Of a stretch of 64,000 nt of DNA, positions 23,250-36,399 are shown in pieces. Source of the DNA: Euprymna scolopes (Eukaryota); assembly GCA_053919585.1 (NCBI GenBank), contig CM132791.1; one strand, 5' to 3'. The translations under genes and the position numbers were made by a program. Below the pieces are notes generated by a model. It did not search any database. It had not been told where the DNA came from and saw nothing but the letters and a program-made list of their open reading frames with translations. Numbering within the stretch: position 1 is the first letter of the stretch; the number at the start of each line of letters is the position of its first letter.

Positions 23250-25400
23250 GCTTGAGTGTGAAAAATGTATTCTTGAAATCTTGATTCCGAATAAAATATG
23301 AATTTTGTTTGACAAAGTTTTGACAGGATACATCATATGGCTTACGGAGTGGGCAATGTTATTTGCTTATCTAAATCTGTGTCTTTCATCAGTTGTAGTT
23401 TCTGGAAGGGGAAAGTTGGTAATTGAATTGTGAAAATTATCCACAGTGGATACACCTTTTGATGTGATTAGAAACTCGCCAAACTAAACTACATCATCAC
23501 AAAATTGGATGTTGCTTTTTATTAACAATTACACTTTTTTTACACAGTGATACTTAGTCAAATATATGGTAGAATATACTGTTGGCAAAGAGTAGGTAAT
23601 CATTAATTTAGTTTGCAAGAAATATCTACCCCTTTGTTTAGTACTCACCATATGTGTTCTGAGCTTGTCTATGATCAAGATTGAGCGAAGATTAAATTAC
23701 ATAGTGTCTATTAATTGCTTTCGCTTGTAGTGTGCATGTACTTATAACTTGGTTAGCTATGATGCGAGCGATAAAAACGCTCATGACAGATTTGTTAATC
23801 TCAAGACAATGGGTTCTTTACTCGGTACAGTCTCAAACGGTGCTTAGACTTCGTACAAAATGCTGTATGTTTTGATCTATCCTGAACATTAAACTGACAA
23901 AATTCGTTCTAGGATGATCCGTGGGAGGTTTTTGTCATTGAAGTTGAATCGCGCAATGCTGAGTCGAATGTCTAAGAATGACAGACATTCTGTTCCAGTG
24001 ATTTATGTGTCCCGGTTTTAGTCACTAGATCTGCATGCCGTTTGTGGTTCACTATTTCCTTGATTAATTGGTCTTTGTCGAACAAATCATACGCTCAAAG
24101 AGGGGATAAAAATTGCCGTTTAGGACTGTGCTTAAGAAAACGACGAGGTAGGTTTCTATCACTCTGTTACACAGTGGCAAAATTAAAACAATGAACAATA
24201 GGATTGGATTCTCTGTCATATTTAGATTTTTATCAGGGATAGTCGTGAGGAATTTTGATTCAGTGTTGACAATAATATTCTGGACAAACTCATCATTGTA
24301 TAGTCAGATGTTAACCTGTCATCTAGGCTTACTTGTAATTTTGAAGAAAGCTCCTCCATCAATTTTGAATTTTCTGAATTATTGGGAATCATTTCGGAAT
24401 GAAACTCAGGCGGTTTTAATGCCTGTGCTGAGTATAGAGATCTGCGGCTTGCTTAAGGATTTATAAAGCTTGACCCATGTGATCATTAGCTTTTTTAATA
24501 TAATCTGATACACTATTATAGGTTCTCCTTTGTTAACTTCTTTACTATGGTGTCGTAAGATTTAACTGAGCTTGCAGCGATTTATGTCTTGACAAAGTAA
24601 TGTTCAAATCTTCAGGATACATATATACTGTTTGTACTGCTATATTGAATGTAGTAAGTAATACTTAAGCATATGACCCGTTGAGCTATAAACATATTAA
24701 CAGCAAGACATCGATTTATATGAAGGCTTAGGTGTTCCATTATGCTCCGATGGGTAAGTGTATCTTTTTATATAATACTTAAGCAATTTATGTCGGTCAT
24801 TCGATTTGATTTCACAACAATGTTGATACGGTACAGTGCAGCATATTGTTATATCAAATTGATTTGATGTGCATATTTCTTTCCCTTTGTGTATGCTTCA
24901 CTGTGCCTGTGTAACTAATAATTACTCCACTATGTCTAAGCGAGAGTCCCATACCTAAAGAGTTTATCAGTCCAATCACCAAGTTCGCAATCGATAAAAA
25001 TATAACTTCTTTCGCAAATTATCTTCTTGGTAAACACTGTGTCTTATCATTGCGGTTAGAGTCATCGTCTATGTCATCACATCAGCGTCTGGGAATTGCT
25101 ATTGTTTTATTACTAATTAATGATGTTGCGATTCAAGCGATCTCCTCATTAAGAGGCGTTAAACCGACTTTACACATAGTGACAACATCATATGGGATGA
25201 GAAATTTAGTCTAATAGGGACCTTATTTCATTTGTCCGCAGTGTGGTTAACTCCTCCCAGACTACATTTAACTCGATAAGTCTATATTCCATTTAAATCA
25301 TGTCATAAACATTTGAATAATCTAACATTTCTACATCAATTATGCTGATTAAGAACCAGTCGGTAAAGCTAAAATGTTGCAGTGAATCTAAACTGCGTCC
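23250..25400 (-). mobile_element. RT-region remnant of a decayed LINE, probably the upstream part of the 17200-18232 element
   Basis: Minus translations FLDIR/PFETV-like (about 23830-23990), TKQ(R)G (about 23630), QFCDDV (F/YADD-like, about 23490-23507) and LFGI (YLG-like, about 23285) occur in LINE RT order. The 5' boundary is uncertain. Confidence 0.4.
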
Positions 25401-25684
25401 AAGAAATAAGTTCATGCTACAGTCAGGGAATTCCCATTCTGGAGTTTACCGTTATTAGTTATTATTACTCTTCAAAATAGCATGCAAAGATTGCGTTATA
25501 AGCTTTTGTTAAAGATACCCTACGAGATTAAGTCGTGAAAAAAAAACAATAAAATACATACTTTTATTGACTCATCAGACGAATTAATCTGGGAAATATT
25601 AGAAATCGTATGTTTTACGTTAATAAAATATTGCTTCCGATCATCAGAATAAGAGGAACATTCAAATCCTTTAATAACTAGAAA

Positions 25685-26330
25685 ATGTTATACCAAACTT
25701 ATTTAATGAAAAAATAATTTATGGGTATAATATTATAACACAATCTTATTTCACATATTAAAAAAATACGGGTATCATGTTATAACACAAACTTATTTCA
25801 TATATAAATAATTTATGGGTATAATATTATAGCACAAAAAATATTTCATATATAAATAATTTATAAGTATAATGTTAACATTTTTCACATATAAATAATT
25901 TATAAGTATAATGTTATAACAGAAACTTATTTCACATATAAATAATTTATAAGTATAATGTTATAACACAAACTTATTTAATATAAAAATAAATAATAGA
26001 AATCATGTTATAACATAAAATAATTGTATATAATAATAAATGACAAATGTCAAGTTAAAACACTTTTTATGGAAAATAAATTGCACATATCCGATGATAA
26101 CATACACTATTTTATGTAAAAAAATATGAATATCATGTTCAAAAACACTTATGAAAATATGAATTACGAATCAAAAACAAATTTTATGCAAAAAATATAT
26201 TGATATTATGTAATACAAACTTAGTGCATTTAAAAATAAATAAAGGATAGAATGTTATAGCACAAAGTTATTTCATGTAAAAATAAATTACGAATATCAT
26301 GTTATAGGCAACACTTTTCATGTAAAAATA
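25685..26330. repeat. Degenerate AT-rich tandem repeat, unit about 45 bp (AATGTTATAACACAAACTTATTTCACATATAAATAATTTATAAGTAT-like)
   Basis: Recurrent ATGTTATAACAC/AAACTTATTT/AAATAATTTAT motifs, best conserved at 25880-25980. Confidence 0.75.
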
Positions 26331-27769
26331 TATCACTAAAGTCGTGTCTGATTCCTTAATTCTGGGGATTTGTTTTCTTTATACTTAATCAATTTAGTCA
26401 TAATATGTAATATACAAATACGTAAGCACATATCTGTATAATTTGATCGCTTGTGTGTGCTCGTTAGTGTTCACCAGTATAAATGTGCCCACGCTGAACC
26501 CTCCCCCCACCTTGTTTGAAAACTGACAATTTCATCTCTCCTTCTGATTCGAATGCGTATTAATGCGTAGTATTTGTGCGATCGCCATGCTCCTTGGGGA
26601 ATATGACCCAATGAATGATAAAATAGATGATAAACACTAATTTCCGATAATTATACAAAAAAAAACAAAAAAAAACGTAGCACTAAATTACGATAACTTG
26701 ATGTGACTGTTATTCCCCTCTTTCTCCGCGTCTTTATTAAAATCGCCCGAGGTCTTTATCCAGCATCAGCTTATTTGTAGTCGTTTTCAAATGATGGCAA
26801 ACTGATTAAAATCCGCTGATCCGCATGTTTATAAAAATAATATTTAAAAGAATTAAATTTTAATACGCATTAAAATTTAAAAATCGTTATAACGGTTTTT
26901 TTTATTTTTATTTATTTATTTTGTAAAAGTGTTTCTCTTTCCGAGTTATTGGCGTTCGACTTGGATTTTTTCCAGCATCACATTGATTTGTTTTCATAAT
27001 TTAGAAGATTTTTTTGATTTGCAAGTTTTGAGTTGTTCTATCAGTTACTAAATCCTGTTTGTACAGAAAAAGGGCATTAAACTCACGAGAACAACAGTCA
27101 AAATGAAAGAATCGCAAAGTATAACACAGTTCGAAATAAATTTAATTTCAGAAATCGTGTCAGAAATGAGTAAAATTTAAAATTGGAAATTATCTTCATT
27201 CATGAGTGCATTTGGCTGTATTAATGTAGCTTTCGCACGGACAAACGTTCTACCGCCGAATGTACACATGCTGTCGAATACTGGAGCAAAGTAAGCGCTA
27301 TCAAAAGTCACCAATTGTCTGCTTTGCTGATGTTGCAGCTGCATTCGACTCCGTTGAATAAATAGGGCCCCTTTGCTTTCTGTCAACTTCATAATCACAT
27401 TTGATCGCGAAAAGATATCCAGCTAACGACCAAATGCCGCATGTATCAGATACTTCTTTTCGGGTGTAAAATCTGGCCTCTGCGAGTAGCCGACACTCAA
27501 AGGCTAGAAGTTTCCTATCGGTGATGTCTTCGGCGCATTCATGGGATTTCAAAACGTCATAATCCACGCACGTAACCTTGAGGAAGTACTTCTTATCAGA
27601 AGGCTCCGATGATTTGGGTGCGCTCTTCGTCGTTTACCAACTGATCTGATTCACAAGGCAAAAGCATAAACACTCGGCAATAGTATAAATACTCGTGGTT
27701 CTAACGCTGATTTGAAAACTACAACCGTTCCCAGCGCCTTCGATAGAATTGCAAATGGCTGAAATTCAG

Positions 27770-29265
27770 TAGCATTCCAGTTATAGTGTTGAAAAAGCTT
27801 TAACCAGAACTTGCCCCCATACTTAAAAAAAACTGTTTAAGCGTTGTCTTAAGGAGAAGTGCTTTCCAACACCCTGAAAAATCCCATCAGTATGCCCCGT
27901 ATTTAAAAATTCCGGTGATAAGTCATCTCCCTCTCAGTACAGACCAATAAGTCTCCTGTGTGTCATGAGTAAGCTGCTGGAATCAATATTAAATAGAGAA
28001 GTAATCAACCACATCAGCAGAAAGAACCTTCTTAGTGACATGCAATATGGTTTCGGTTCTGCTAGATCTGCAGCAGATGTGTTAACGGTTATATCTCATA
28101 GGATTAGTGAATCTCTCGACAAAGGGTACTTTTCTAGGGCAATTGCTCTTGACATATCAAATGCCCTCGATAAGGTATGACATAAAGGCCTACTTCACAA
28201 GATTTCCAGCTACGGTATAACTGGAAATGTTTTCTCAATCATTAAATCATTTCTCTCTGATAGGCTCATAAGAGTAGTGGTAGATGGGCAGAAATCTGAG
28301 GCCCATAATATTAATGCTGGAGTCCCTCAGGGGTCCATTCTGGGCCCAACTCTCTTCCTGATCTACATCAATGATCTCCCAAAACACATACTTAAATCAT
28401 TCATTGAAATCTATACTGATGATACGCCCATCTATGACAACACATCAAAAACTGTAAATGAAAATGTTCTCTCTGATTCTCTCTCATCTGATCTTGAGTG
28501 CGTAGTACAGTGGGGGAAGAGGTGGCTGGTAGCTTTTAATGCATCTAAAACCAAGCTCCTATCTTTACATCATCAACGCTCTGATCCCCATCCGGCATCA
28601 GTTGAAATGGATGGCTCTTGTCTTGGGGAGGCTCCATGTTTTGACAAGCTTCTTGGTTTGACCTTAACTCCTGATCTGAAGTGGAACACGTACATCAAGT
28701 CTGTTGCCAAGGTCGCCGGGAAAATGATGGGGTCCTTCTACCGCTCCAGAAGATATCTCACTACTGATGCAATTCTCTATCTACATAAAAGCTAAGTACG
28801 TCAAAGGATGGAGGGTGTACTGCTGCCACATCTGAGCAGGAGCTGCTAAAAACAGCCTACAGTAGAGAGGTTGCGAGCCTGTCTTTGTTTTATCGTTATT
28901 TCCATGGCAAGTGATCGTCTGAGCTCCAATCTTTGGTCCCCCTTCGCCAATCTTTCACGATAGACACCCGTCTTTCTGAAACCACTGTCAATAATTTTCC
29001 CCACTCTTTATCTGTGCCTAAATCATAACGTAGATTCCATGAACAACGCCTGTGGAACTCTCTTCCATTTGACTGTTTCCCACTTGACTACAACTTGGAT
29101 GTCTTCAAGTCCAACATAAACAAATTCTTGATGACCGCCCACTTAAGTAAAACACTTTATCAAATCTCCAATACTAACGATTATTATGATACTATCCCAT
29201 TGATTACTGTACACGCAATAACCTTTATCCCCGAGTGGCTTCCGGGCGTTGATAAGTGGTGACCT
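27770..29265 (+). mobile_element. 5'-truncated CR1/Zenon-type (jockey-like) LINE, RT pseudogene plus 3' UTR
   Basis: SQYRPISLL, QYGF...ALDISNALDKV (ORF 27965-28180), NAGVPQGSILGPTLFLIYINDL and YTDDT (ORF 28277-28795), RLWNSLP (about 29047). In-frame stops present. Collinear with 48220-50050. Confidence 0.9.
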
Positions 29266-30072
29266 CCATGTAAAAAAAGTCAGAAACTTAATTAACAGTA
29301 ACATATTTGCATTATTATACGTTGAAATTTTAGGCATCTCTGCCGGCCTTGTATCAATGACCCTTTATATTAATAACGAATATTTAAGATTTCACAAAAG
29401 TGCATGGCGCTGTTGAAGAATATCGCAACGGAAACGTATCTTCTAGCGATAGTCGAGCAGTAAATGTGTAACATCATTGCACAAACACACACTTTATTAG
29501 TACTTATCACTTTTTATTTTACATCTAAAATAGTTCGTTTTATTGCTATTTCTCATGAACAATGGCTATTATTGTTTTCCTTTTTATTTTAAGGAAATAA
29601 CTATCTTTTTCCATCCCAGGTAATCAACAACCAGACTCGCAAACGAAGCCAGACACGCTTTTAATAGTAGCGAGAGTGTAGTTTAGGTAATAAAATCTAA
29701 ACATACACTGAATGCTGAAAGTATTAAATGCAGTTTATTTAATAAATAATCATTATAGCTAAAGGGATGAAACACTATTTCCAAGGTGTGTTTTTAGATG
29801 ACGAACATGCCACAATAAGAATATGCGGATTTTATATCAGTGACACCTAAAACTTGCTTGCGTGTACGGATGATGCACGAGGCGCTGATAAGGTAGGGCG
29901 ATAATTATCAAACAAAAACACGGATTGCCTCAAGCTAAAACCCCACTCGGTACGTACATTGTATAACAGACATTGTTTTCTGTTCTGCTCGCAAGTAACC
30001 CAGAAGTGTATCGACATTAACTCGACAAAAGGCGCAATATTGGGTAGCAAAAGTTTTTCTTTTATAAGATAA

Positions 30073-31100
30073 CTAGGAGGAGGACCCGTTAACCGGCGTT
30101 GCCCGGTGGTAACATGTATCCATCCGCGTAAAAAATTCAAATACGGCTGTTATTTTTGTTGTTGGTCAAATATTAAATTACTAAGGTCTGTACAGCTAAA
30201 ATAGTCTAATCAGTTGTTTTATTTTTTTTTAATAAGTGTAAAAATAATATGTACCTTCAACGCTCGCCACAGCTATACACTCTTCTATGTAACACTATGT
30301 AAGTGTAATTTAATATTATCATCCTAACCTTTTTACTATTTAAAAGAAGCTTTAAATAAACTGCTAATAATTTTTACAAATGTTTTACTACATACAAAAA
30401 TAATGTAAATGCGAGACAAAAATCGTTCCTATGTATTGATGTTTGTGAAGCTGTAGACATACCCATGTTTAAGAAATCTAGAAAAAATATGCATCCTGTA
30501 CATTGGTTATGAATTTTTGATACCGCGCTATTTGTAAATAGTGCTTTAAGATGAAATTCAAGATTCACGCTAATTTTCTCATATTGACAAAACACCTTTC
30601 CATCCAGAAGGTTAAAATGGCATTGTAAATAAAACCAATATTATTTCAGCACGGTACCAAAAATACATAAGTATACCAAATTGTACTTTGTATTTTTAAT
30701 ATTTAAAAAAAAGAATATGTACTCATTGTCAAACTTCGGTGCTTCTTCAGTTTTAAGTCGGTGTTTACATGATTTTCGGTGGAAAACGCCCGGCGAACGA
30801 CGGAAACCGCTGGATTATATCGATTGCGGAAAAAGAAACTCGAGCGAACAGACTTTAAAAATAGTGAGAAAAGAAGTAAAGAAAAAAATGGTAGAGTATC
30901 ATTGTGCCAACGTATCATAAATAACGCCAAACCTCCCCATGTTAAAAACGGCTTTCGGAATAAACACACCCAGCCTCGGACGTCGTTCTTAACACAGTGA
31001 GGTTTGGCTGTTTATTTCGTAACCCATTCTTAACATGGGGAGATTGGGTGTGTTTATACTACGGTTGAGCAGTGTGTAAGAAAAATACACAAATAACATT
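30073..31100 (-). mobile_element. Non-autonomous Helitron-type element, 3' end at 30073
   Basis: Reverse complement of 30072-30106 is CCGGGCAACGCCGGTTAACGGGTCCTCCTCCTAGT (hairpin + CTAG|T), the same hairpin as 2324-2337. Adjacent sequence and the internal about 41-bp subrepeat are shared with 40089-40280. 5' limit uncertain. Confidence 0.55.
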
Positions 31101-32629
31101 GCCTACACAGACAAATACAAATAAATGGAATAAAGTTTCAAGAAATATGTCACATTAGTAAACGTCGTTTTTCCTGTATATTATTTATGTTTAATCGGTA
31201 AACAAATGTATAAACATCTTGCAAAATTAAACTATCCCCGTTGCATAAATTTGATTTTTTTTTTTAATACTAAAGGTGTTCTTCCTACATAATTTTATGG
31301 TTATTCGCTCGACAAATATATAAACATTCTTGTAGTAATAAACTTTAATCTATTTTATTATTTAGAAAAAAAAATCAGCGGTACGGCAAACAAAATTTTA
31401 TCCAAGCAAAGTTAGTTGCGTTTACGAAAAAAAAAAAGAGCCAGCTCCATTCCCGTTGTACAATTTGGATTTTTAATGCTAGTTAAATGTGTAAATATTC
31501 TTGTAAAAATAAACATTCTTCAATTTTAATATTACGAAAATACTATGCGGCAGTACGACAGACAGATATTTATCACAAAAGTTATTTTTGATTCACAAGC
31601 GTAATAACCATTGACTTTAGCTCCGATAAAAATAAAAACGGCTTATTTCTCTCTGTCTCTCTCACCCCCACTCTATGTATCTCTCTATCTGTAACTGTCC
31701 TTACCCCCGAGTGTTTATAAACAGGGGTTGTATCGCGTAGCATGTCAGCATTTATGTTTTGAGGGTGTAATATTTTCAAAAGTAAATAGTATAAGATCAG
31801 AGAGTATAAGCGGAACAATTCCATGAATAATAAACAAAACGTAAGATTATTGTGCGCATACCGAAAAATGGCGGCGTGTTTAATAGTTGATAAGTGTTTG
31901 TTTATTTGGTGGAATAATCGAATGTTGGAATTGTAGAATAAATAGTTCTCATCCAATCAGCGGCGCCGGATATTTAACAGGGAGAAATTTTTTTTTTTTT
32001 TTAGGATGTAAGGGGTAAAAATATGCGTATGTGTAAGAAATCTGTAGTCGGTTAATGACGATTAACACCCAGGAAAAGTTGTAAAAGTATAAAAGAACTC
32101 GGTGTAGAATGGTGTCTTAAGCGTAGTCGGTAAAGCGAGGGTGAAATTTTGGCTACTTCCTCTTTAGGTTAGGACGATGATGGTCATTGCCCTCCTCGGA
32201 CTAAATGTAATTTTTTAATATTACGAAATGTTGTGGGCTATAGCTAGATAACGTAATGGCTAATGACGCAAATACAGTAATTTTTATGTTGCATCTGTTG
32301 CTTGAAACCTGCGGTATTTTGGTCCATAGGAGAAAAATTGCGCCTCTTGTATTATATACAAGATAAGCACTTTCATCGAATACGGTTTATTTTCATGAGA
32401 CTGACATCGTATATGAAGTGTGTTTTGCTTGCTATGTATGCTTATCAAATATATAACAAACGTAATTTAATCAATGAATATGATAAATTGTTTGTGCGTT
32501 ATCTTTCATATTGTACTCGATTACAAAGATTTTAATATTTGATTCTGATAAATAATTTTCGTTTTTATCATATAGTATACAAGTTCTAACATAAGACATC
32601 ATCAGAGATTACGCATTGATAAAAACCGG

Positions 32630-32790
32630 CGGTGTTCCCAGGAGTCTGGGTGACAAGAAGTATTCCCAGATTTCCAGTAATTTTCACATCTTTCAACAAC
32701 CTTTGCAAATAAATTTGCCTTCTCACTGGCAATGGGCATTGATCTTCACTGAAATTTGGGTGGGAATAATTCTCGCTAACGTCCCAGTAT
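32630..32790 (-). mobile_element. Short R4/Dong-like 3' fragment
   Basis: GTGTTCCCAGGAGTCTGGGTGACAAGAAGTATTCCCAGATTTCCAGTA...TTTGCAAATAAATTTGC...CACTGAAATTTG matches 7389-7541. Confidence 0.6.
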
Positions 32791-34114
32791 ACGTATCTGT
32801 TGGATGTCTGATAAATGCTTTTTCTCCTTGACCCTTCGACTGTTTGGTGTAGTGTCAGCCGATGTCAGGACTACATTTTGGGAGGGGTGAGTAAAGGGAG
32901 AGAAATATGGGTAGGTTCAAGATAAGAACAGTTGCTTGAATAATCCAAATAATGGGAACATGTTCGTGCCTGTCTGTGTAGCTCGGTTTAATCCGACTTG
33001 CACATTTTCATGTTTTTTCTTTATTTCATATAAACTTGATATTTATTGAAATAAAAATACAATACGAAATAACACACTGTATAAATGTTATTTAACAAAA
33101 ATAATTAGGAAATTAAAACAATAACATGCATTTCTGTTTATAAGCGAGCATGCTCTTTCATGTTTTTGTCATATAAAATAGAAACACAATGTAATATATA
33201 TTTAAAAAACATGAGCTTTATGATAATTGTTTAATAATTATTATTTAGTTTATTATCTTAATTAAAGTTCTGCTTGCATTAAAAGAAACCCCCGCACAAC
33301 GTCGAGTATGCACAACTTATTACTTGTGAAACTGGCATAAAGTATAAATAGACCGTGTATTAGTGACATGAAAATATTTTCATAAAAAACTATTGAAAAA
33401 TATACTGGCTAGTTCTTCTAATCGCCAGATTTAAACTCCCAGTAGATTTCTGTAAAAACTCGATATATTCTTGTAAGGACATAAGTAACATACGACCACA
33501 TTATGAAAAATATTGAAGGCAGTAGATTATACTATCAGTGATTACAAATATTTGCCTAATACGAACGGCATTATCCCGGCAAAAAGCAAAGTTATATGTT
33601 GTCGTCACTTCGTTTTAAGATATAATTAAATATTTTGAAATATTTCTTAACAGCCGGAGGCGAAATTACATATGAATACTCAGATCTCCTCGTATATCTT
33701 CGCACTTGACCTTTTTGTTCAAATGTTTAAAGAAATCGAATTATGCCAAAGCTCCTGTATCTTCGAATAAAATAAGCTTAATCTTGGCCAGAGGCGAGAA
33801 GCAAAGGATTGACCTGATTTTGAAAGGATTTCTAGTTTAAGATGAGGACAGATTTCAAAAGGGAAACAGAGTGGTGTCGAAAAAAAATAAAATTAACAAA
33901 TAAATGTCTCATTCCGCCACGCTTTTGATTTGGGATGTTTTAAATTTCTCATTCCTCAAATTAATCATTTTAGAACAAATCAAATCAACTCAACGTACAA
34001 CGCAAAACGCGTTTGGCGTTGGCATAAAAGTTTTTGATGCGTTTCGAAAAGATATACTTTATGTTAGTAAACAAACAAATATACACATCCCTGAAAATGT
34101 ATACTTCCTATCTT

Positions 34115-34189
<75 letters not shown>

Positions 34190-34198
<9 letters not shown>

Positions 34199-35183
34199 GA
34201 GAGAGAGATGGGATAAAGAGAAAGAGAAAGATCTCATTTTGATAAAAAATAACATGGGTATGTACAAGGTCACTTGAAATCTGCACTAAGAACGCGTAAT
34301 ACTTTCGTACGTTGAATTGTTATTTACAGCAACCAAAAACGATAAAGTTCACTTGTAATGACCTTGTAACGGGTGTTGTAACCCAACATCCGGTTTACGA
34401 CTTCCGGTTGTGAATGCGTACATAAACAAATAATCAGCACGACAATAAAAGGTATTGTTTTACTGTGTACGTTTCCAGCGTCCCAATTGTTTGTTTTTCG
34501 TGTTTAAATTATCCAAATAAACAATTGTTTATATTTCTGCATTTTTTACATCGTTCATTTCCGTATTACGTTTAAGTTATTTTAACGCAATTTTCTTACA
34601 AATAAATCTGCTTCAACCCGTTGACAACCATAAAAGCATTTTACACGGCGATTTACCGACCGCTTTCATTTTTAAAAATTTATTCTCCATTTTTTAATAC
34701 ACCTTTCTTAAAAAAAACATTCATACATTTTCTTCTACGCTACCAACATAAATAAATAACCCCGAAAATGTTTTTTTTTTAATTTGTATTACAAATAAAT
34801 AATCAACGCGACAATAAGACGTATTGTTTTACTGTGTACGTTTTCAGCGTCCTAATTTTTTTGGTGCGTTTAAATTAAAAGATATATCACAATTTGAATT
34901 TAACTTTAAGTATTATGGTATCTATTCAGTGCACATATACCCATAAGTATGGCAAACCACTTATAATTCAATGGCTGTAAGCTATTCTTTTAAAATTAAA
35001 CAATTATTAACAGAACGACTCATAGAAATCTATCTATATTCTTTTTTCGTTTTAATATACTTTCATAGAAATGTTTCTATTATGTAAAAAAAAACTATAT
35101 TCTTTACGTCACAAATGTCACGCTCATACATTAATTCCATAGCTAATATAACATATTGACTCAGCGGGTCATGGGTAGTCTAG
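34190..35183 (+). mobile_element. Non-autonomous Helitron-like element (second family)
   Basis: Hairpin TGACTC-AGC-GGGTCA (35157-35171) then CTAG|T (35180-35184). Begins after a (TA)n run with TATAAAGTGAGAG. Internal direct repeat CGACAATAA..GTATTGTTTTACTGTGTACGTTT..CAGCGTCC at about 34440 and 34809. Confidence 0.45.
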
Positions 35184-35360
35184 TATATATATATATAATT
35201 TTCACATAAACAAAACAATAAAAATTAAAATGAGGGCATCATGTTGTGTATTTTTATATTCGTTATAATTGTTTCGTGTGACCATTCGGACAATTTCAAA
35301 TATCATGTCATTTGAAAATATTTCAAAACAGACTCTCTTCAGACGGTGAAATACATTATT

Positions 35361-35443
<83 letters not shown>

Positions 35444-36399
35444 CACATTTCCAATGCCTATATAGGAAATCAAGAACTTACTTCCGCCTCTTTCTTGCAA
35501 GTTTTTTTGTTTAATTATTTTCCATTTACCATGGAATTTATAAATTTTCCTATTTTCGTATTTCTACTTTTAAAATATATTTCAACCAATTATCTATATT
35601 AATGTTATATCAATTCTTCGTGTGCTTTTAAATTTAAGTAATTATTTTTCTTTTTTAAATTATTTATTTAATTGATTTACTTTCTAAATACTGAACTAAA
35701 CTCTCACTAGTTTGAATTTATACGTCACAACTGTGTTCTCTTCCATTTACGGACGTTTTTGTGTACATTAGCGATCTCATAATAAATCTTACTTAATGAT
35801 TTTATTTCTTAAAAAGGAATCATAATTACTCGGTAATTTTTAATAAAATATAAATTAACATTAATCTTCGTTCTATACTTGTTATGTCAGTCATTTACAT
35901 TTTAAATTTATCTTTTTAATTTTTATTGTTATATAAGCACCCTATTTTAAATTACACTAGTTTTTCTTTTCAATGGCATTATCAAATTTTTTTCACGTTG
36001 TAAGGAACATAAATATTATTGTTAAATTTTAATCAATTTACCAATATTTCTAAGTTTAAGGTATCCATGTTTTAATATATTGAATTTAGTATTTATTAAT
36101 CACTCTTACTTAACCATAAACTTATAATTCTAACATTAAATTTTCAATGCCAATCTGTTACGTTTCTTATTCATTTTCAAACTTTAAAATTCTGATTACA
36201 TTTATTTTACTCCATCTTAGCCTGGCAGCTTGCAGTCATTATATTTTGAACCTTTCTTGAAATTATTCGGGTGTAATTTTATTAGCCATAACGATTAATA
36301 AAAATAAAAATAATAATAACGATTAATAAAAAAAAAATAGCGATTAATAAAACATAAAACTACTTATATTTCCTCTATTGAAGTTATAATTATTTTATT

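Noticed and set aside
27177-27567. ORF containing DRKLLAFECRLL as an RTE-LINE remnant or host exon
   Set aside because: A single short motif with no supporting neighbours; too weak to call.
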